DNA from: Abditibacteriaceae bacterium | GTDB taxonomy: Bacteria > Armatimonadota > Abditibacteriia > Abditibacteriales > Abditibacteriaceae | Length of the DNA: 64,000 bases | Direction: 5' to 3' | Assembly (NCBI GenBank): GCA_965277285.1 | Contig: OZ255721.1 | Span: forward strand, 2,944,001 to 3,008,000 | Shown here: piece after piece, positions 38,705-48,858 of the stretch | Layout: every line of letters starts with the position of its first letter | Position numbering within the stretch: the first letter of the stretch is position 1 | Translations under genes and position numbers: made by a program | The notes under the pieces: model-generated | Database searches by the model: none | The model's input: the letters and a program-made list of their open reading frames with translations, nothing else | What the model was told of the DNA's origin: nothing

Positions 38705-40237
38705 TTACATTCTCGCGGCTAAACGGAAAATCGTGGCGGCGAGTTTTTGTGGATCGTGGCGCACCAGGTTGGTGATGTTAACGAAGTTGCCGTGCATTGG
38801 GCGCACGCCCAGCATCGCAATGGCGTCCTCGTCCGGCTCGACGTATTCGGCGCCCGTCGCACGATAGCGTTCGAGTACTCGTTCGTCCACATGACCGTTA
38901 TTGACCAAAGCATGAGTAATAACGCCTTGCCCGATATGGCGAATAATCGCTTTGACGTGATCGGAGGCTTTGAAACCAGACGTTTCGCCGGGCTGCGTCA
39001 TCACGTTGCAAACATAGATTTTCGGCGCGTCCGCCTGGCGAATCGCTTCGGTTATTTCGGGCACCAATAGGTTGGGAATGATCGACGTGAAAAGCGAACC
39101 TGGCCCGATAATAATCACGTCGGCAGCCTTGATCGCTTCCAGGACACCGGGCAAAGCGCGCGGCGCAGATGGAATCAAAAACGCTTCATAGATGCCGCGC
39201 GCTTTGTTGACACGGCTTTGCCCGATCACTTCCGTCCCGTCTTCCAGGCGCGCGCCCAAGCGCACATCGTCCAAAGTCGAAGGCAAAACTTGCCCGCGAA
39301 TGGCCAGTACGCGACTGGTTTGCCGGACGGCCTGCTCGAAATCGCCGCCCGTCATTTCGGTCATAGCAGCGACGACGAGGTTGCCAAACGAGTGGCCTTT
39401 GAGCGCGCCCATGCCTTCAAAACGGTGCTGAAAAAGTTCGGTCATCAACGGTTCGGCTTCGGCGAGTGCGGCCATGCAGTTGCGCAAATCGCCCGGTGGC
39501 AGCATTCCGCTTTCGCGCAAAATGCCGGACGAACCGCCGTCATCGGCCATCGTGACAACCGCTGTAATGTTCGACGAATACTCTTTGAGGCCGCGCAGCA
39601 TCGTCGAAAGTCCCGTCCCGCCGCCCAGCGCAACAACCGCTTCGCCCTGCGTCAAGCGGCGTTTATGAAGCGCCGCGCCCAGAAAATCTTTGCCCTGCGG
39701 CGCATTGGCGAAAGCGCGTTCGACGGCTTTCAAAGTGCCGCGCAAACCGACGACGACGCAAATCACGCCGCCGGTGAGAAGAGCGATTCCCACCGCGACC
39801 GGATCGACCGAATAACCCAACGGCGCGAACGATTCGGTGATGTATAAACCGGCGTTTACCGAAAGATAAGCCGTCGCCAACGATGCGCCCAAACCCGCCG
39901 CCAGCAAACCCAGCAGCGCCAGCAAACCCCAGCGTTTGATGCCAAGTCCAAAAGTCAGCCATTGCACGGCGCGCCAGTCGCGTGCGCGAGACGGCCAATC
40001 GGCCAAAGCGTCACGCGATTTGTCGAGTGTTGAGTCTAATTTCGCACGGTCGCGCGAAGGTTCGGTCATCGCTTGCGTTTTCGGTGAGGAGAAAGCGGAC
40101 GCGTCAGGAGAAAGTGGCGAATCTAAATTTTGCGAATCCGAGTCGGCGAGAACGGTTTGCACGGTTTGCGTGGCAGATCGAGTACTCGAAAGAGCGTTAT
40201 CTTCTTCGGGCGAAACATTTGGCGACAAAGGCTTCAT
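38705..40237 (-). CDS. yvcK: YvcK/GlmR (CofD-like UPF0052) protein with N-terminal TM region
   Basis: ALGGGTGLS, DDGGSSG, PPGDLRNC, GHSFGNL, IGPGSLFTSIIPNL and NVMTQPGET motifs. Confidence 0.92.
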   Translation of the reverse strand: MKPLSPNVSPEEDNALSSTRSATQTVQTVLADSDSQNLDSPLSPDASAFSSPKTQAMTEPSRDRAKLDSTLDKSRDALADWPSRARDWRAVQWLTFGLGIKRWGLLALLGLLAAGLGASLATAYLSVNAGLYITESFAPLGYSVDPVAVGIALLTGGVICVVVGLRGTLKAVERAFANAPQGKDFLGAALHKRRLTQGEAVVALGGGTGLSTMLRGLKEYSSNITAVVTMADDGGSSGILRESGMLPPGDLRNCMAALAEAEPLMTELFQHRFEGMGALKGHSFGNLVVAAMTEMTGGDFEQAVRQTSRVLAIRGQVLPSTLDDVRLGARLEDGTEVIGQSRVNKARGIYEAFLIPSAPRALPGVLEAIKAADVIIIGPGSLFTSIIPNLLVPEITEAIRQADAPKIYVCNVMTQPGETSGFKASDHVKAIIRHIGQGVITHALVNNGHVDERVLERYRATGAEYVEPDEDAIAMLGVRPMHGNFVNITNLVRHDPQKLAATIFRLAARM

Positions 40238-41226
40238 GACGCATCACGCTCCGCTTCGGAACGTGGCGCATCGCTTTGTGGCGCATCGTTTTCAGGCGCC
40301 GTCGGCGATGAGGTTTGAGAATGCCGCGCGCGATTAATGTCGCGGTGCGTGGCGCCAGCGCGAAAGCCCAAACTGCGGAGGTGCGCCGCAAGCCAGTTGG
40401 TTAAAGCCACGCTGCGATGGCGCCCGCCGGTACAGCCAATAGCCATCGAAAGATAAGCTTTGCCCTCGCGCTCGAATTGCGGCAGACAAAACTCCAGAAA
40501 ATCGCGCAAATGCTGTTGATATTGCTGCGTCACGGGTTCGCGCAAAACGTAGTCGATGATGGGTTGATCCAACCCGCTGAGGTGCCCGATGTCGGGATCG
40601 TAGTTCGGGTTGGGCAGAAAGCGCACATCGAAAACCAGATCTGCATCGGACGGCGCGCCATATTTGAAACCGAAACTTTCGATTTGCACCAGCATCTGCG
40701 CGCTGCTGTTGTCGCCATTGGCATCGGAAACAAAAGTTTTCTCGATGATTTGTCGCAGTTCGCGCGGCGTAACGTGGCTGGTGTTGACGATTTTATCGGC
40801 GCGTTCGCGCAAGGGAATCAAAGCCTCGCGTTCAGTCGCAATCGCCTGACTTAAATCGCCATATTGATCGGACAAAGGATGCTTGCGGCGCGTTTCCTTG
40901 AAGCGTTGAATCAGGCGGTCGTCATCGGTTTCTAAAAACAAAAGCTGCGGCGCAAAACCGTTTTCGCGCATTGTTTGCAAAGCGCCTTGCACTTCCTCGA
41001 CGACAAGCGGATGCGCCGTCGCTTGCGCCGCGCTGCGTACATCGGCGACCACAGCCGCACGTTTGATGTCGTTGCGCGCGCACCATTCGGCGAAAACTGG
41101 AATCAGCGCGGGCGGCAGATTATCGACGCAGCGAAACCCGAAGTCCTCGAAATAGCCAGTTGCCAGCGCCTTGCCCGCGCCCGACAAACCCGTGATAAGA
41201 ATGAACTGCAAATCGGAAGAAGACAT
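40234..41226 (-). CDS. rapZ: RNase adapter RapZ (YvcJ)
   Basis: ITGLSGAGK, CVDNLP, RFKETRRKHPL, SFGFKYG, DVRFLPNP and IGCTGGRHRSV motifs. Start placed at ATG 41226 (MSSSDL). Confidence 0.93.
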   Translation of the reverse strand: MSSSDLQFILITGLSGAGKALATGYFEDFGFRCVDNLPPALIPVFAEWCARNDIKRAAVVADVRSAAQATAHPLVVEEVQGALQTMRENGFAPQLLFLETDDDRLIQRFKETRRKHPLSDQYGDLSQAIATEREALIPLRERADKIVNTSHVTPRELRQIIEKTFVSDANGDNSSAQMLVQIESFGFKYGAPSDADLVFDVRFLPNPNYDPDIGHLSGLDQPIIDYVLREPVTQQYQQHLRDFLEFCLPQFEREGKAYLSMAIGCTGGRHRSVALTNWLAAHLRSLGFRAGATHRDINRARHSQTSSPTAPENDAPQSDAPRSEAERDAS

Positions 41227-41278
41227 CGAGTACTCGAAATGGGGCAGAGTGTTGTGGAAGCGGAAAATCAAGAGTGTA

Positions 41279-41306
41279 GTAGGGGCGCAGCATGCTGCGT
41301 CCCTAC
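41279..41306. repeat. GTAG-type REP (family C)
   Basis: GTAGGGGCGCAGCATGCTGCGTCCCTAC. Confidence 0.75.
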
Positions 41307-41360
41307 ATTTGAATTGCTTGCGTTCAAGTCGCAAGACTTTTGCAAAGTGCATCAGTGTGC

Positions 41361-41753
41361 TCAGCGTCGCTGGTCGCGTTGCGGGTCGCTGCGTGTTAAC
41401 ACAGTCGCCAGCGCGTTGACAATCGCCAAGGCGAGCGCGCCCCACAAAGCGGGCATAAAACTTTTCACAACGAAACCGGGCACCAGTTGTCCCGCGACGT
41501 AAAACATCAGGCCACTGATGAGCCACGACAAAACCAGGCTCCACAAACCCAGCGTCAGGCAGCTCAGCAAACACGTCATGCCGCCCGCAATCGCTTCCAA
41601 AATCGGCTTGACCACCGCGTTCGCCAAGCCAATTGCCAACGCCGCCAAAAGCGCCGCCACAAAACCTTTCACCACAATTTGCCCGTGACTGAGACCCGCG
41701 ATCACCAGAAGAGTGAAGGCGCTGACGGCGGTGCGAATCAGAAATCCAATCAT
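41361..41753 (-). CDS. Phage_holin_4_2 / YvlD-family membrane protein
   Basis: ALAIGLANAVVKPIL...LTLGL...VPGFVVKSFMPALWGAL. Confidence 0.8.
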   Translation of the reverse strand: MIGFLIRTAVSAFTLLVIAGLSHGQIVVKGFVAALLAALAIGLANAVVKPILEAIAGGMTCLLSCLTLGLWSLVLSWLISGLMFYVAGQLVPGFVVKSFMPALWGALALAIVNALATVLTRSDPQRDQRR

Positions 41754-41848
41754 AACTGAGCGAAATTATACAACGTGCGCCGCCTTATCGAGTACTCGAT
41801 TGCAGAACTCGGGTTGCAGAGGACTGAATCTCTGTCCGGCGCTTGGTG

Positions 41849-43132
41849 TTAGCGATACGAAATCTTTAAGCGCATCACGCCCGTTGTAAGGGTGTGCGAA
41901 TAATATCCAGTGACGCCCGGGTCGGTCAGCGCGACGGTACGCGAAGGCTTCAGAACAAAGCGGACGGGCACCAATGTCCAGCGGTTTTTCTGGCTGGTGG
42001 CGATGAAGCGGCTTTCTTCGCGGAGAGTGAAATACGTACCGAACGTTTCGCCGCGCAAAACCACCAATTGACCAGCGTGATAACTATCCCGCCTTCCTTC
42101 GACTTGCATGGTCACTTCAAAACACAAATCAACGGGCAAGGGTTTGATAAGTCTCCACGCCGGAAGATGCAAGCGGTATTCGGCTCCACCTTCCGAATAA
42201 GTTTCAGTGGGATCCCAGGCATCCGAGTCGGTGTTCTCGGTCAACATACGGCGTCGCCAAGGCGAATCGAAGAACTCTTCGGTTTCGGCAAATCGAAGAT
42301 TAGACAAAACCAAAGCGTCCAGTTGTGGGCTGGGGACAACGGCCAACTCGTTAGTGACAGACGGCACAATTTCAAAGGCAAAGTCCGAAGAACTGACTTG
42401 ACCTGAACGCTTTTCGCCGTGCAATGAGTACTCGTAACGGAGCGTCATCGAAATCGAGTGCGTGCCCACATCCAATTTTTGAGTGGAGATCCAGCCCACT
42501 GTGGCGCCCGGGCCGTAAAAATAAAACGGGTCGCCGCGCTGCTGGCCATCGAGAAAGATGGTCGTCCAGGTTTTGAAGTCTTCGCTTTTGAAACCCATTT
42601 CGTCTTCCAGAGGCCAGGCGTTCCAGCCGACCGAGCCGCTCGGTCCGCGCGCCATTTGATATTCCAGGCGGATTTCGGCTTCCACTCCCTGGGGATAAGT
42701 GGGACGCGGAGAGGCTTTGAAGACAAGGGCATTCTGAAAGTAAGCCTCGATTTGCTCCGCCGTCATCGTGTTCCAACTGCGCACAAAAGCATTCGTCGCC
42801 TTGCGATACAAAGGATTTTCCGGTTCGGCTAAAATCGCCAGCAAAATATCACCCGCCTGCGGCTGCGACGACTCGATCAAACTTTTCAAGCGCGGCGGCA
42901 GCGCAGGACGAGTGTCATTCGTTACTTCAGGCATCGTCGAAAGCTGAGCAGACATCTCGTTCCACAACGCTGGCCACAATCGGCGACTATCGGTTTTTGG
43001 CTGCGGCGCTGCTTTCACTGCTGACGAGAAAGAGGGAGCCGCCAGCAAACGCGTACCTTTGGCGAATGAGACCACAAATGCGATACTCGCAGCCAGGCCC
43101 AGCAAACGAAAAACGGATTGATATTTCTTCAT
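41849..43132 (-). CDS. Hypothetical exported protein
   Basis: GAGGAGG RBS, signal-peptide-like N-terminus, 427 aa. Confidence 0.7.
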   Translation of the reverse strand: MKKYQSVFRLLGLAASIAFVVSFAKGTRLLAAPSFSSAVKAAPQPKTDSRRLWPALWNEMSAQLSTMPEVTNDTRPALPPRLKSLIESSQPQAGDILLAILAEPENPLYRKATNAFVRSWNTMTAEQIEAYFQNALVFKASPRPTYPQGVEAEIRLEYQMARGPSGSVGWNAWPLEDEMGFKSEDFKTWTTIFLDGQQRGDPFYFYGPGATVGWISTQKLDVGTHSISMTLRYEYSLHGEKRSGQVSSSDFAFEIVPSVTNELAVVPSPQLDALVLSNLRFAETEEFFDSPWRRRMLTENTDSDAWDPTETYSEGGAEYRLHLPAWRLIKPLPVDLCFEVTMQVEGRRDSYHAGQLVVLRGETFGTYFTLREESRFIATSQKNRWTLVPVRFVLKPSRTVALTDPGVTGYYSHTLTTGVMRLKISYR

Positions 43133-43203
43133 AAAGATTCCTCCTCACAGCGATGTTCTTACAATATCGAGTACTCGATGGATAGTTGCGCAAGGCGACA
43201 ACC

Positions 43204-43294
43204 CAAACGAACCCTGAGCGTAAGCGACGGGTGAACGTATCAATGTCTCGTTGCTATCAGTTTCCACCCGTCGCTTACGCTCAGGGTTCGTTTG
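43204..43294. repeat. REPIN-like hairpin, family A
   Basis: CAAACGAACCCTGAGCGTAAGCGACGGGTG...CACCCGTCGCTTACGCTCAGGGTTCGTTTG. Confidence 0.88.
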
Positions 43295-43325
43295 TCTATG
43301 ATGCACGTATGTGGCATGGAGACCA

Positions 43326-45266
43326 TCAATCCACTTTCGTTAAAACGTTCAAATATTCCTGCATTTTTTCGGCAAGCGCGCGGTTCATGCCGGAAACTTC
43401 GGCGATTTCTTCCGTACTCGCAGCACGGATTTTCTGCAAACTTCCAAAATGTTCCAAAAGCGCGTTTCTTCTGGCGTCGCCGATGCCGGGAATGTCGTCC
43501 AAGAGCGAATGAATTTGCGCTTTGCCGCGCTGCTTGCGATGATGCGTGATCGCAAAACGGTGCGCCTCATCGCGGATGCGCTGCATTAAATGCAACGACG
43601 GACTGTTTCTGGGAAGCGCAATCGGTTCGCTTTGCATCGGCACAAACAACAATTCATGCTGCTTCGCCAGGCCAACGGTTGGAATGTCTTGCAAGTTCTT
43701 TTCTTGCAGCACCAAAAGCGCGCTCGACAATTGGCCTTTGCCGCCATCGACCATCAGCAAATCGGGCAAGGGCAGAAACTTTTCGTCGCCTTCAATCGCG
43801 CGTTGCAAGCGCCGCCGCAAAACTTCGCGCATCATCTCGAAGTCGTTCGGTTCTTTGCCCAACGTCAATTCCAGCGTGTGTTTAATGGTGAAATGACGAT
43901 AGCTTTTCTTATCGGCTTTGCCGTCTTTGAAAACCACCATCGACGCGACCGAAAATGCACCTTGAACCGTCGAAATATCGAAGCATTCGATGCGTCGCGG
44001 CACGACATTCAACTTCAAGTGTTTCTGCAAATCTTCCAACAGCGCATCGTGGACGACTTTGGCGGTCGCGTTGTAATTGAGATGTTCGCGCAGCGCGAGT
44101 TCGGCGTTTTGCGCTGCCATTTCGAGTACACGCACTTTGTCGCCGCGCTGCGGACGCCGCACTTCGACGTTGCGATTGGCTTTGTCGTGCAGCCATTCTT
44201 CCACCGCTAAAACATCTTCCAGATCGTGCGGCACCAAAATCTCGTGCGGCAGCGCGGTCGGGCCTTCGTAATGTTGACGCACAAAGGCGGACACGATTTC
44301 GCTTTCCGGCTGGCCATCGATGTTCTGCAAAAAGAAATGCTGATCGCCCAATAACTTGCCGCCGCGCACAATTAAGACCGCGACGCTGGCAATTCCGGCT
44401 TCGATGAACAAACCGAGCGCATCCAAGTTTTCGTTCGTTTGCGACACGACTTGCTGGCGCTCGACAACACTTTTTACAGCTTCAATCTGGTCGCGGATTT
44501 TGGCGGCGTCCTCAAATTTCATTTCGACTGCGGCTTCGCTCATGCGAGACTGTAAATCTTTCATCAATTCGTCGGAGCGACCTTCCAGAAAATTGCGTAG
44601 TGCTTTGGCTTGATTCGAGTACTCGATGTTGCTGACAAAGCCGACGCAGGGCGCGGTGCAACGGTCGATGTGATATTCCAAACACGGCTTATCCAAAGGC
44701 TGCGACGTATCGCGCCACGGGCAGCCGCCCCAGCGACGATCAGAAATCAGAGCGCCCGTGCGCACTTTAAAAACGCGCTTGGCCAGAGCGACGGTTTGGC
44801 GCATTTTTCCGGCTCCGGCGTATGGGCCGAAATAAATCGCTTTGTCGTTTTTCGGCTGACGCACTTCTAAAAGCGCCGGAAATTCGTCCTGCGTCAGCTT
44901 CAAATACGGATAACGCTTGTCGTCTTTCAAGCGAATGTTGAAGTGCGGCTTGTGCATCTTGACCAGGTTGTTTTCCAGGATCAAGGCTTCTTTTTCGGTG
45001 CGCGTGACGATAGTTTCAAAATCGACGATGAAGCGAATCATCTTGCGCGTGAAGGCCGAATGCCCGCCGTCTTTGGCGAAGTAAGAGCGCACGCGGTTCT
45101 TCAGGTTGCGCGCCTTGCCGATATAAATCACTTTGCCTTCGGCGTTTTTGTGCAGGTAAACGCCCGGCAAATCGGGCAGGGAAGACAATTTTTCCTCGAT
45201 GTGTACGCGAATTTCGTCGCGTGTCGGCGCTGCGGTTTCTTCGGTTTGAGTACTCGATTCGTCCAT
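43326..45266 (-). CDS. uvrC: Excinuclease ABC subunit C
   Basis: GIY-YIG domain (PGVY...IYIGKARNLKNRVRSYF), RIECFDIS, DGGKGQL, RDEAHRFAI and HhH motifs. Confidence 0.97.
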   Translation of the reverse strand: MDESSTQTEETAAPTRDEIRVHIEEKLSSLPDLPGVYLHKNAEGKVIYIGKARNLKNRVRSYFAKDGGHSAFTRKMIRFIVDFETIVTRTEKEALILENNLVKMHKPHFNIRLKDDKRYPYLKLTQDEFPALLEVRQPKNDKAIYFGPYAGAGKMRQTVALAKRVFKVRTGALISDRRWGGCPWRDTSQPLDKPCLEYHIDRCTAPCVGFVSNIEYSNQAKALRNFLEGRSDELMKDLQSRMSEAAVEMKFEDAAKIRDQIEAVKSVVERQQVVSQTNENLDALGLFIEAGIASVAVLIVRGGKLLGDQHFFLQNIDGQPESEIVSAFVRQHYEGPTALPHEILVPHDLEDVLAVEEWLHDKANRNVEVRRPQRGDKVRVLEMAAQNAELALREHLNYNATAKVVHDALLEDLQKHLKLNVVPRRIECFDISTVQGAFSVASMVVFKDGKADKKSYRHFTIKHTLELTLGKEPNDFEMMREVLRRRLQRAIEGDEKFLPLPDLLMVDGGKGQLSSALLVLQEKNLQDIPTVGLAKQHELLFVPMQSEPIALPRNSPSLHLMQRIRDEAHRFAITHHRKQRGKAQIHSLLDDIPGIGDARRNALLEHFGSLQKIRAASTEEIAEVSGMNRALAEKMQEYLNVLTKVD

Positions 45267-45398
45267 GGTCTTAGTTTACAAGGTGAATAGACAAGGATTT
45301 TAAGGCGTCTTTTGAGATGATGCAAAACCGTATAAGACGTATGACGAACCGAAGTAGTATGATTTGGCTGTTGGAGAGTTTGCGATTGGGAGATTTTT

Positions 45399-47429
45399 AT
45401 GAAACTCTGGGTTTTTCTATTTTGTTTTTTATTGGCTGTGCCGGTGTGGGCGCAAAGCACAATCGTTGTGCCGATGCGAACGGATGTGGCGACCACGCTC
45501 ACACCCGATTTTGTGCGTTCCTGTGATTACATTGCGCGGGGAACTTTGCGACTTAAGACGGCGGAAAGCGAAACGCTTGGCATTTTCCCTTATCAGCAAT
45601 ATACGAAGCTGAAAGGCATTCCCGATTTTGGAATTTTACCTTTTAAGCTGGGTGATTTAGCGGGTTGGAAAGACGGAGATGAAACCCTAATTTTCGCGCG
45701 TTATGAAGGTGTGAGCGGCCACCTCGTCGTAATGGCGAAATTGCCGCCGACGCCCATCAACATCGCTTGCGTGCAAGATTTGGTGGCGCGCAATCCCGAC
45801 TTCGACATCTCTTTCACGACTGATAAAATGCGTTACGTTTCCGGTGAAAATATAAAAGTCACATGGCGTTTGAAGAATGTGTCGAGGCAACCGAAGCGAA
45901 TCTATACCGGCGAGTTCGCTACTCAAGTGTCTTTTGAATATGACGGCATGGGAATGCAAAAGAGCGATTCTGTAGCGGCCAAACGTCCTTGGTTCACCGA
46001 AGTGAAAGCGGGCGAAAGCTGGGTATACGAAATCAATTTTGATGGCAAATTCCCTGTAGGAAATCTGCGTCTTAATTGGCAATACGAATCGTCCGACGCG
46101 CTCAATTTGCGCCGCGCATTGCCGAAAAATGTGGCTTTTGAAAGCAAACACGATGAGGTAACAGTTGAAATCGTGCCACCCGATAAAGCGCAAATGCAAC
46201 AATTAGATAAGGCGTTATCGAGTACTCGATGGGATGAACAACTTGCTGCCGCGCAGAAATTGTTGTTGACCAATGATCCCATACAATTGAAAAAGTTAGC
46301 CGCTTTCTCGTCGCATCCGTTTCGCCCGTTGCGCAATGTCGCTTCGCGGGCGATGTCGCAAAACGGGGAATTTTCGCCTGCGCTCAAAGCATTATTTTAC
46401 AGTGGGACAGATGTCGAAAGTCGCAAGTTCCGCAGCCAAGAAAGCGACTATTCGCTGGCTCTTCTGGCGTGGGCTGCTGTTGAAGAAGAAGCATACAAAC
46501 GTGGTTTCAAAGGCTCCAACTATCTGGCGTTAGATAAGGCGCGCTTGCGCCGCGCCCTTCCTCCCACTGACGACTCACGCATCGGCGATTTATTGGCGCA
46601 ACGTCTCCGAAGCGGCAGGCCAATGGCGGGCGGCATCAATAACGGCATGACTTTGATGTATCTTACGTCAGTGCGAGCCACTGTAATAGGAGAAGGAGAT
46701 CCGCTACCCGACGAGTTACAAAATCGAGTACTCGATGCGTGGAAGATCAAGCGCCTGACAGTTAAAAATCTTTACATACAGGCGCAACTAAACACTGAAA
46801 TTACGCTTGCGCGCCACATTCGCTACGACGATTTTAAAGTTGGGTCACAGTATCAAATGGTTGCGCAGCTAATCGAATCAAGCGCTAACGACTCCTCCTC
46901 TGGCTTGAAGCGGGACGAATGGCAACAAAAAATTTTATCGCTCCCCAATGAATCGCTCCCCGATTTATGGCGTGTCTTGCAGTGGCGCGAGATTCTCAAT
47001 CCGCCGCCTGTGGTGCTGCAATCTTTGTCGCGTTGGAAAGATCCTCGCGTCTTCGACTATTTGTTGCGAATTGCTTACGACGAAGGCTTTCCTGACGGAG
47101 ATGCGCGAATCGAAGCGATTCGTTTGATAGCCCAACTTGATTGGGCGCGCGCTCAAACACATATTGAAAACTTCCTGACTTATCCAGTTGAATTCGGCGA
47201 CTGGAGCCGCGAATCGCCGCGATTGGGGGCGGCAATCGCTTTGGCTGAACACGGCGATAAACGAGGCGTGCCAATTATCTTTTCGCCCGAATACGCAAAT
47301 CGTTACGGCTTCCTGGACGAAAAAACTGTCGGCGCTGCACTCAAAACTGCGACCGGGCAAGAACAGCCAAATCTTATGCAGTGGAAACGCTGGTGGCAAA
47401 ATGACGGTGTAAAAATGCAGTGGAGATAA
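45399..47429 (+). CDS. Hypothetical exported protein with Ig-like and HEAT-like segments
   Basis: Signal peptide; FTTDKMRYVSGENIKVTWRLKNVS; RLGAAIALAEHGD...WKRWW. Confidence 0.65.
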   Translation: MKLWVFLFCFLLAVPVWAQSTIVVPMRTDVATTLTPDFVRSCDYIARGTLRLKTAESETLGIFPYQQYTKLKGIPDFGILPFKLGDLAGWKDGDETLIFARYEGVSGHLVVMAKLPPTPINIACVQDLVARNPDFDISFTTDKMRYVSGENIKVTWRLKNVSRQPKRIYTGEFATQVSFEYDGMGMQKSDSVAAKRPWFTEVKAGESWVYEINFDGKFPVGNLRLNWQYESSDALNLRRALPKNVAFESKHDEVTVEIVPPDKAQMQQLDKALSSTRWDEQLAAAQKLLLTNDPIQLKKLAAFSSHPFRPLRNVASRAMSQNGEFSPALKALFYSGTDVESRKFRSQESDYSLALLAWAAVEEEAYKRGFKGSNYLALDKARLRRALPPTDDSRIGDLLAQRLRSGRPMAGGINNGMTLMYLTSVRATVIGEGDPLPDELQNRVLDAWKIKRLTVKNLYIQAQLNTEITLARHIRYDDFKVGSQYQMVAQLIESSANDSSSGLKRDEWQQKILSLPNESLPDLWRVLQWREILNPPPVVLQSLSRWKDPRVFDYLLRIAYDEGFPDGDARIEAIRLIAQLDWARAQTHIENFLTYPVEFGDWSRESPRLGAAIALAEHGDKRGVPIIFSPEYANRYGFLDEKTVGAALKTATGQEQPNLMQWKRWWQNDGVKMQWR

Positions 47430-47499
47430 GATCAGGGCAAAAGCACAAAGCGAAGTGTCGAGTACTTGATACTTATGAATCTGTGTCCATTTGTGCTTA

Positions 47500-47991
47500 T
47501 CTGTGGTCGAAATTCATCTCTCGATTCAATAGTCACGGAATTTTGGCCTCTATGGAATTTCGCGTTGCTGTCTCATCTTTACAGTGGGCTGAGAATCCAC
47601 GACCGCCAAGCGCTTGCAACAAGGTTTGCAGTTCTCAATTGGGAGTTGATGACAAGTTGGTTGCGCTCTTTGAACTACGTTCGCAACGTTATCGCGCATC
47701 ATGGGCGCTTGTGGAATCTCAACTTAAATGATTATCCAAATCTACCGCGAGTTGGAACGATACTGCAACTCGATCATTTACAAACGTCGCCAAACGAACG
47801 TTGCCAAACGCAGGCACCCGAATTTATAGCGTTTGCTGCATTTTGTGTCACTTTTCACACGTTATCAATCCAGAATCTTCGTGGCCACAATAATTGAAAA
47901 CGCTTCTCGACAATTTTCCGTCACGCCTTACGCAAACATTCAAGCGATGGGTTTCCCGACCGATTGGCAGAACGAATCCTTGTGGAAGTAA
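47500..47991 (+). pseudogene. Degraded Abi (AbiD/AbiF, Abi_2-like) gene, C-terminal half
   Basis: SWLRSLNYVRNVIAHHGRLWN, then after frameshifts RIYSVCCIL...SWPQ*LKTLL and MGFPTDWQNESLWK*. Confidence 0.75.
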
Positions 47992-48014
47992 GAATGACGC
48001 TTCGGGTTCGTGGA

Positions 48015-48809
48015 TCACTCCGCTTTATCTTTGTCAAATGTGGCCAGACGTGCGCGCGCCACGTTACAAAAATGCGCGGAGGTTTCGATTCCTATCCAGC
48101 GACGATCGTGTTTTTGCGCAGCGGTGGCAGTTGTGCCGCTTCCTAAAAAGGGATCGAGGACGATTTCATCGGGCGCGCTACTGGAAAGCACGATGCGTTC
48201 GATGAGCGACAGCGGCTTTTGCGAAGGATGCCCGATTTTCTCTTTGGAACTGCCTTTGAGAGACGGAATACGCCACAAGTTCGTCGCATATTTGCCGCGT
48301 TCGAGATGAGCGCGACGCGCCTCCAGGTCTTTATACCGCTTGTCTTTCAAATAGTGCCCGATGGTTTTTTCGTCATACGATTCGCGCACCGCGTCTTTGT
48401 TGAATAATGGCGGCGCTCCGTCTTTGCGCAGCACAATCGCCATCTCGTAAGCGGGCGTGAACGAATCGCGGCGGTCGTTGTAGCCGACAACTCTGTCCCA
48501 AATCAGCAAATCGTGAAACGCGTATTCGCGGGCGGCCTGCGACATCAAATGCAACATGACGTGTTCGCGCTTACCGACTTGACCGAAGCAATACAGCAAA
48601 CCGCCGGGCACCAGCAAACGCATCGCGGCTTGCATCCAATGCGCTGTCCATTCGAGATAATCGTCCGGCGTTTTCCACGATGTATCCCAGTTTTCCTCAA
48701 GCAGCACATTGAAATACGGCGGATCGGCGACCACGAGGCGCACCGTTTCCGCGGGCAAATTGTTCATTACAGGGATGCAATCTCCGCAGATGATCCGGTT
48801 TTCTGTCAT
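48015..48809 (-). CDS. Orphan beta-class N6-adenine/N4-cytosine DNA methyltransferase
   Basis: ICGDC, VADPPY (motif IV), HPSQKPLSLIERI and LDPFLGSGTT (motif I). Confidence 0.92.
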   Translation of the reverse strand: MTENRIICGDCIPVMNNLPAETVRLVVADPPYFNVLLEENWDTSWKTPDDYLEWTAHWMQAAMRLLVPGGLLYCFGQVGKREHVMLHLMSQAAREYAFHDLLIWDRVVGYNDRRDSFTPAYEMAIVLRKDGAPPLFNKDAVRESYDEKTIGHYLKDKRYKDLEARRAHLERGKYATNLWRIPSLKGSSKEKIGHPSQKPLSLIERIVLSSSAPDEIVLDPFLGSGTTATAAQKHDRRWIGIETSAHFCNVARARLATFDKDKAE

Positions 48810-48858
48810 GTTCCGCAGTTTAGAAGAATCGAGTACTCGATTCGCTTATTCTTCGCTC

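Noticed and set aside
41361..41753. Prophage suggested by a holin-family gene
   Set aside because: YvlD-like proteins are common chromosomal genes, and no phage genes are nearby.
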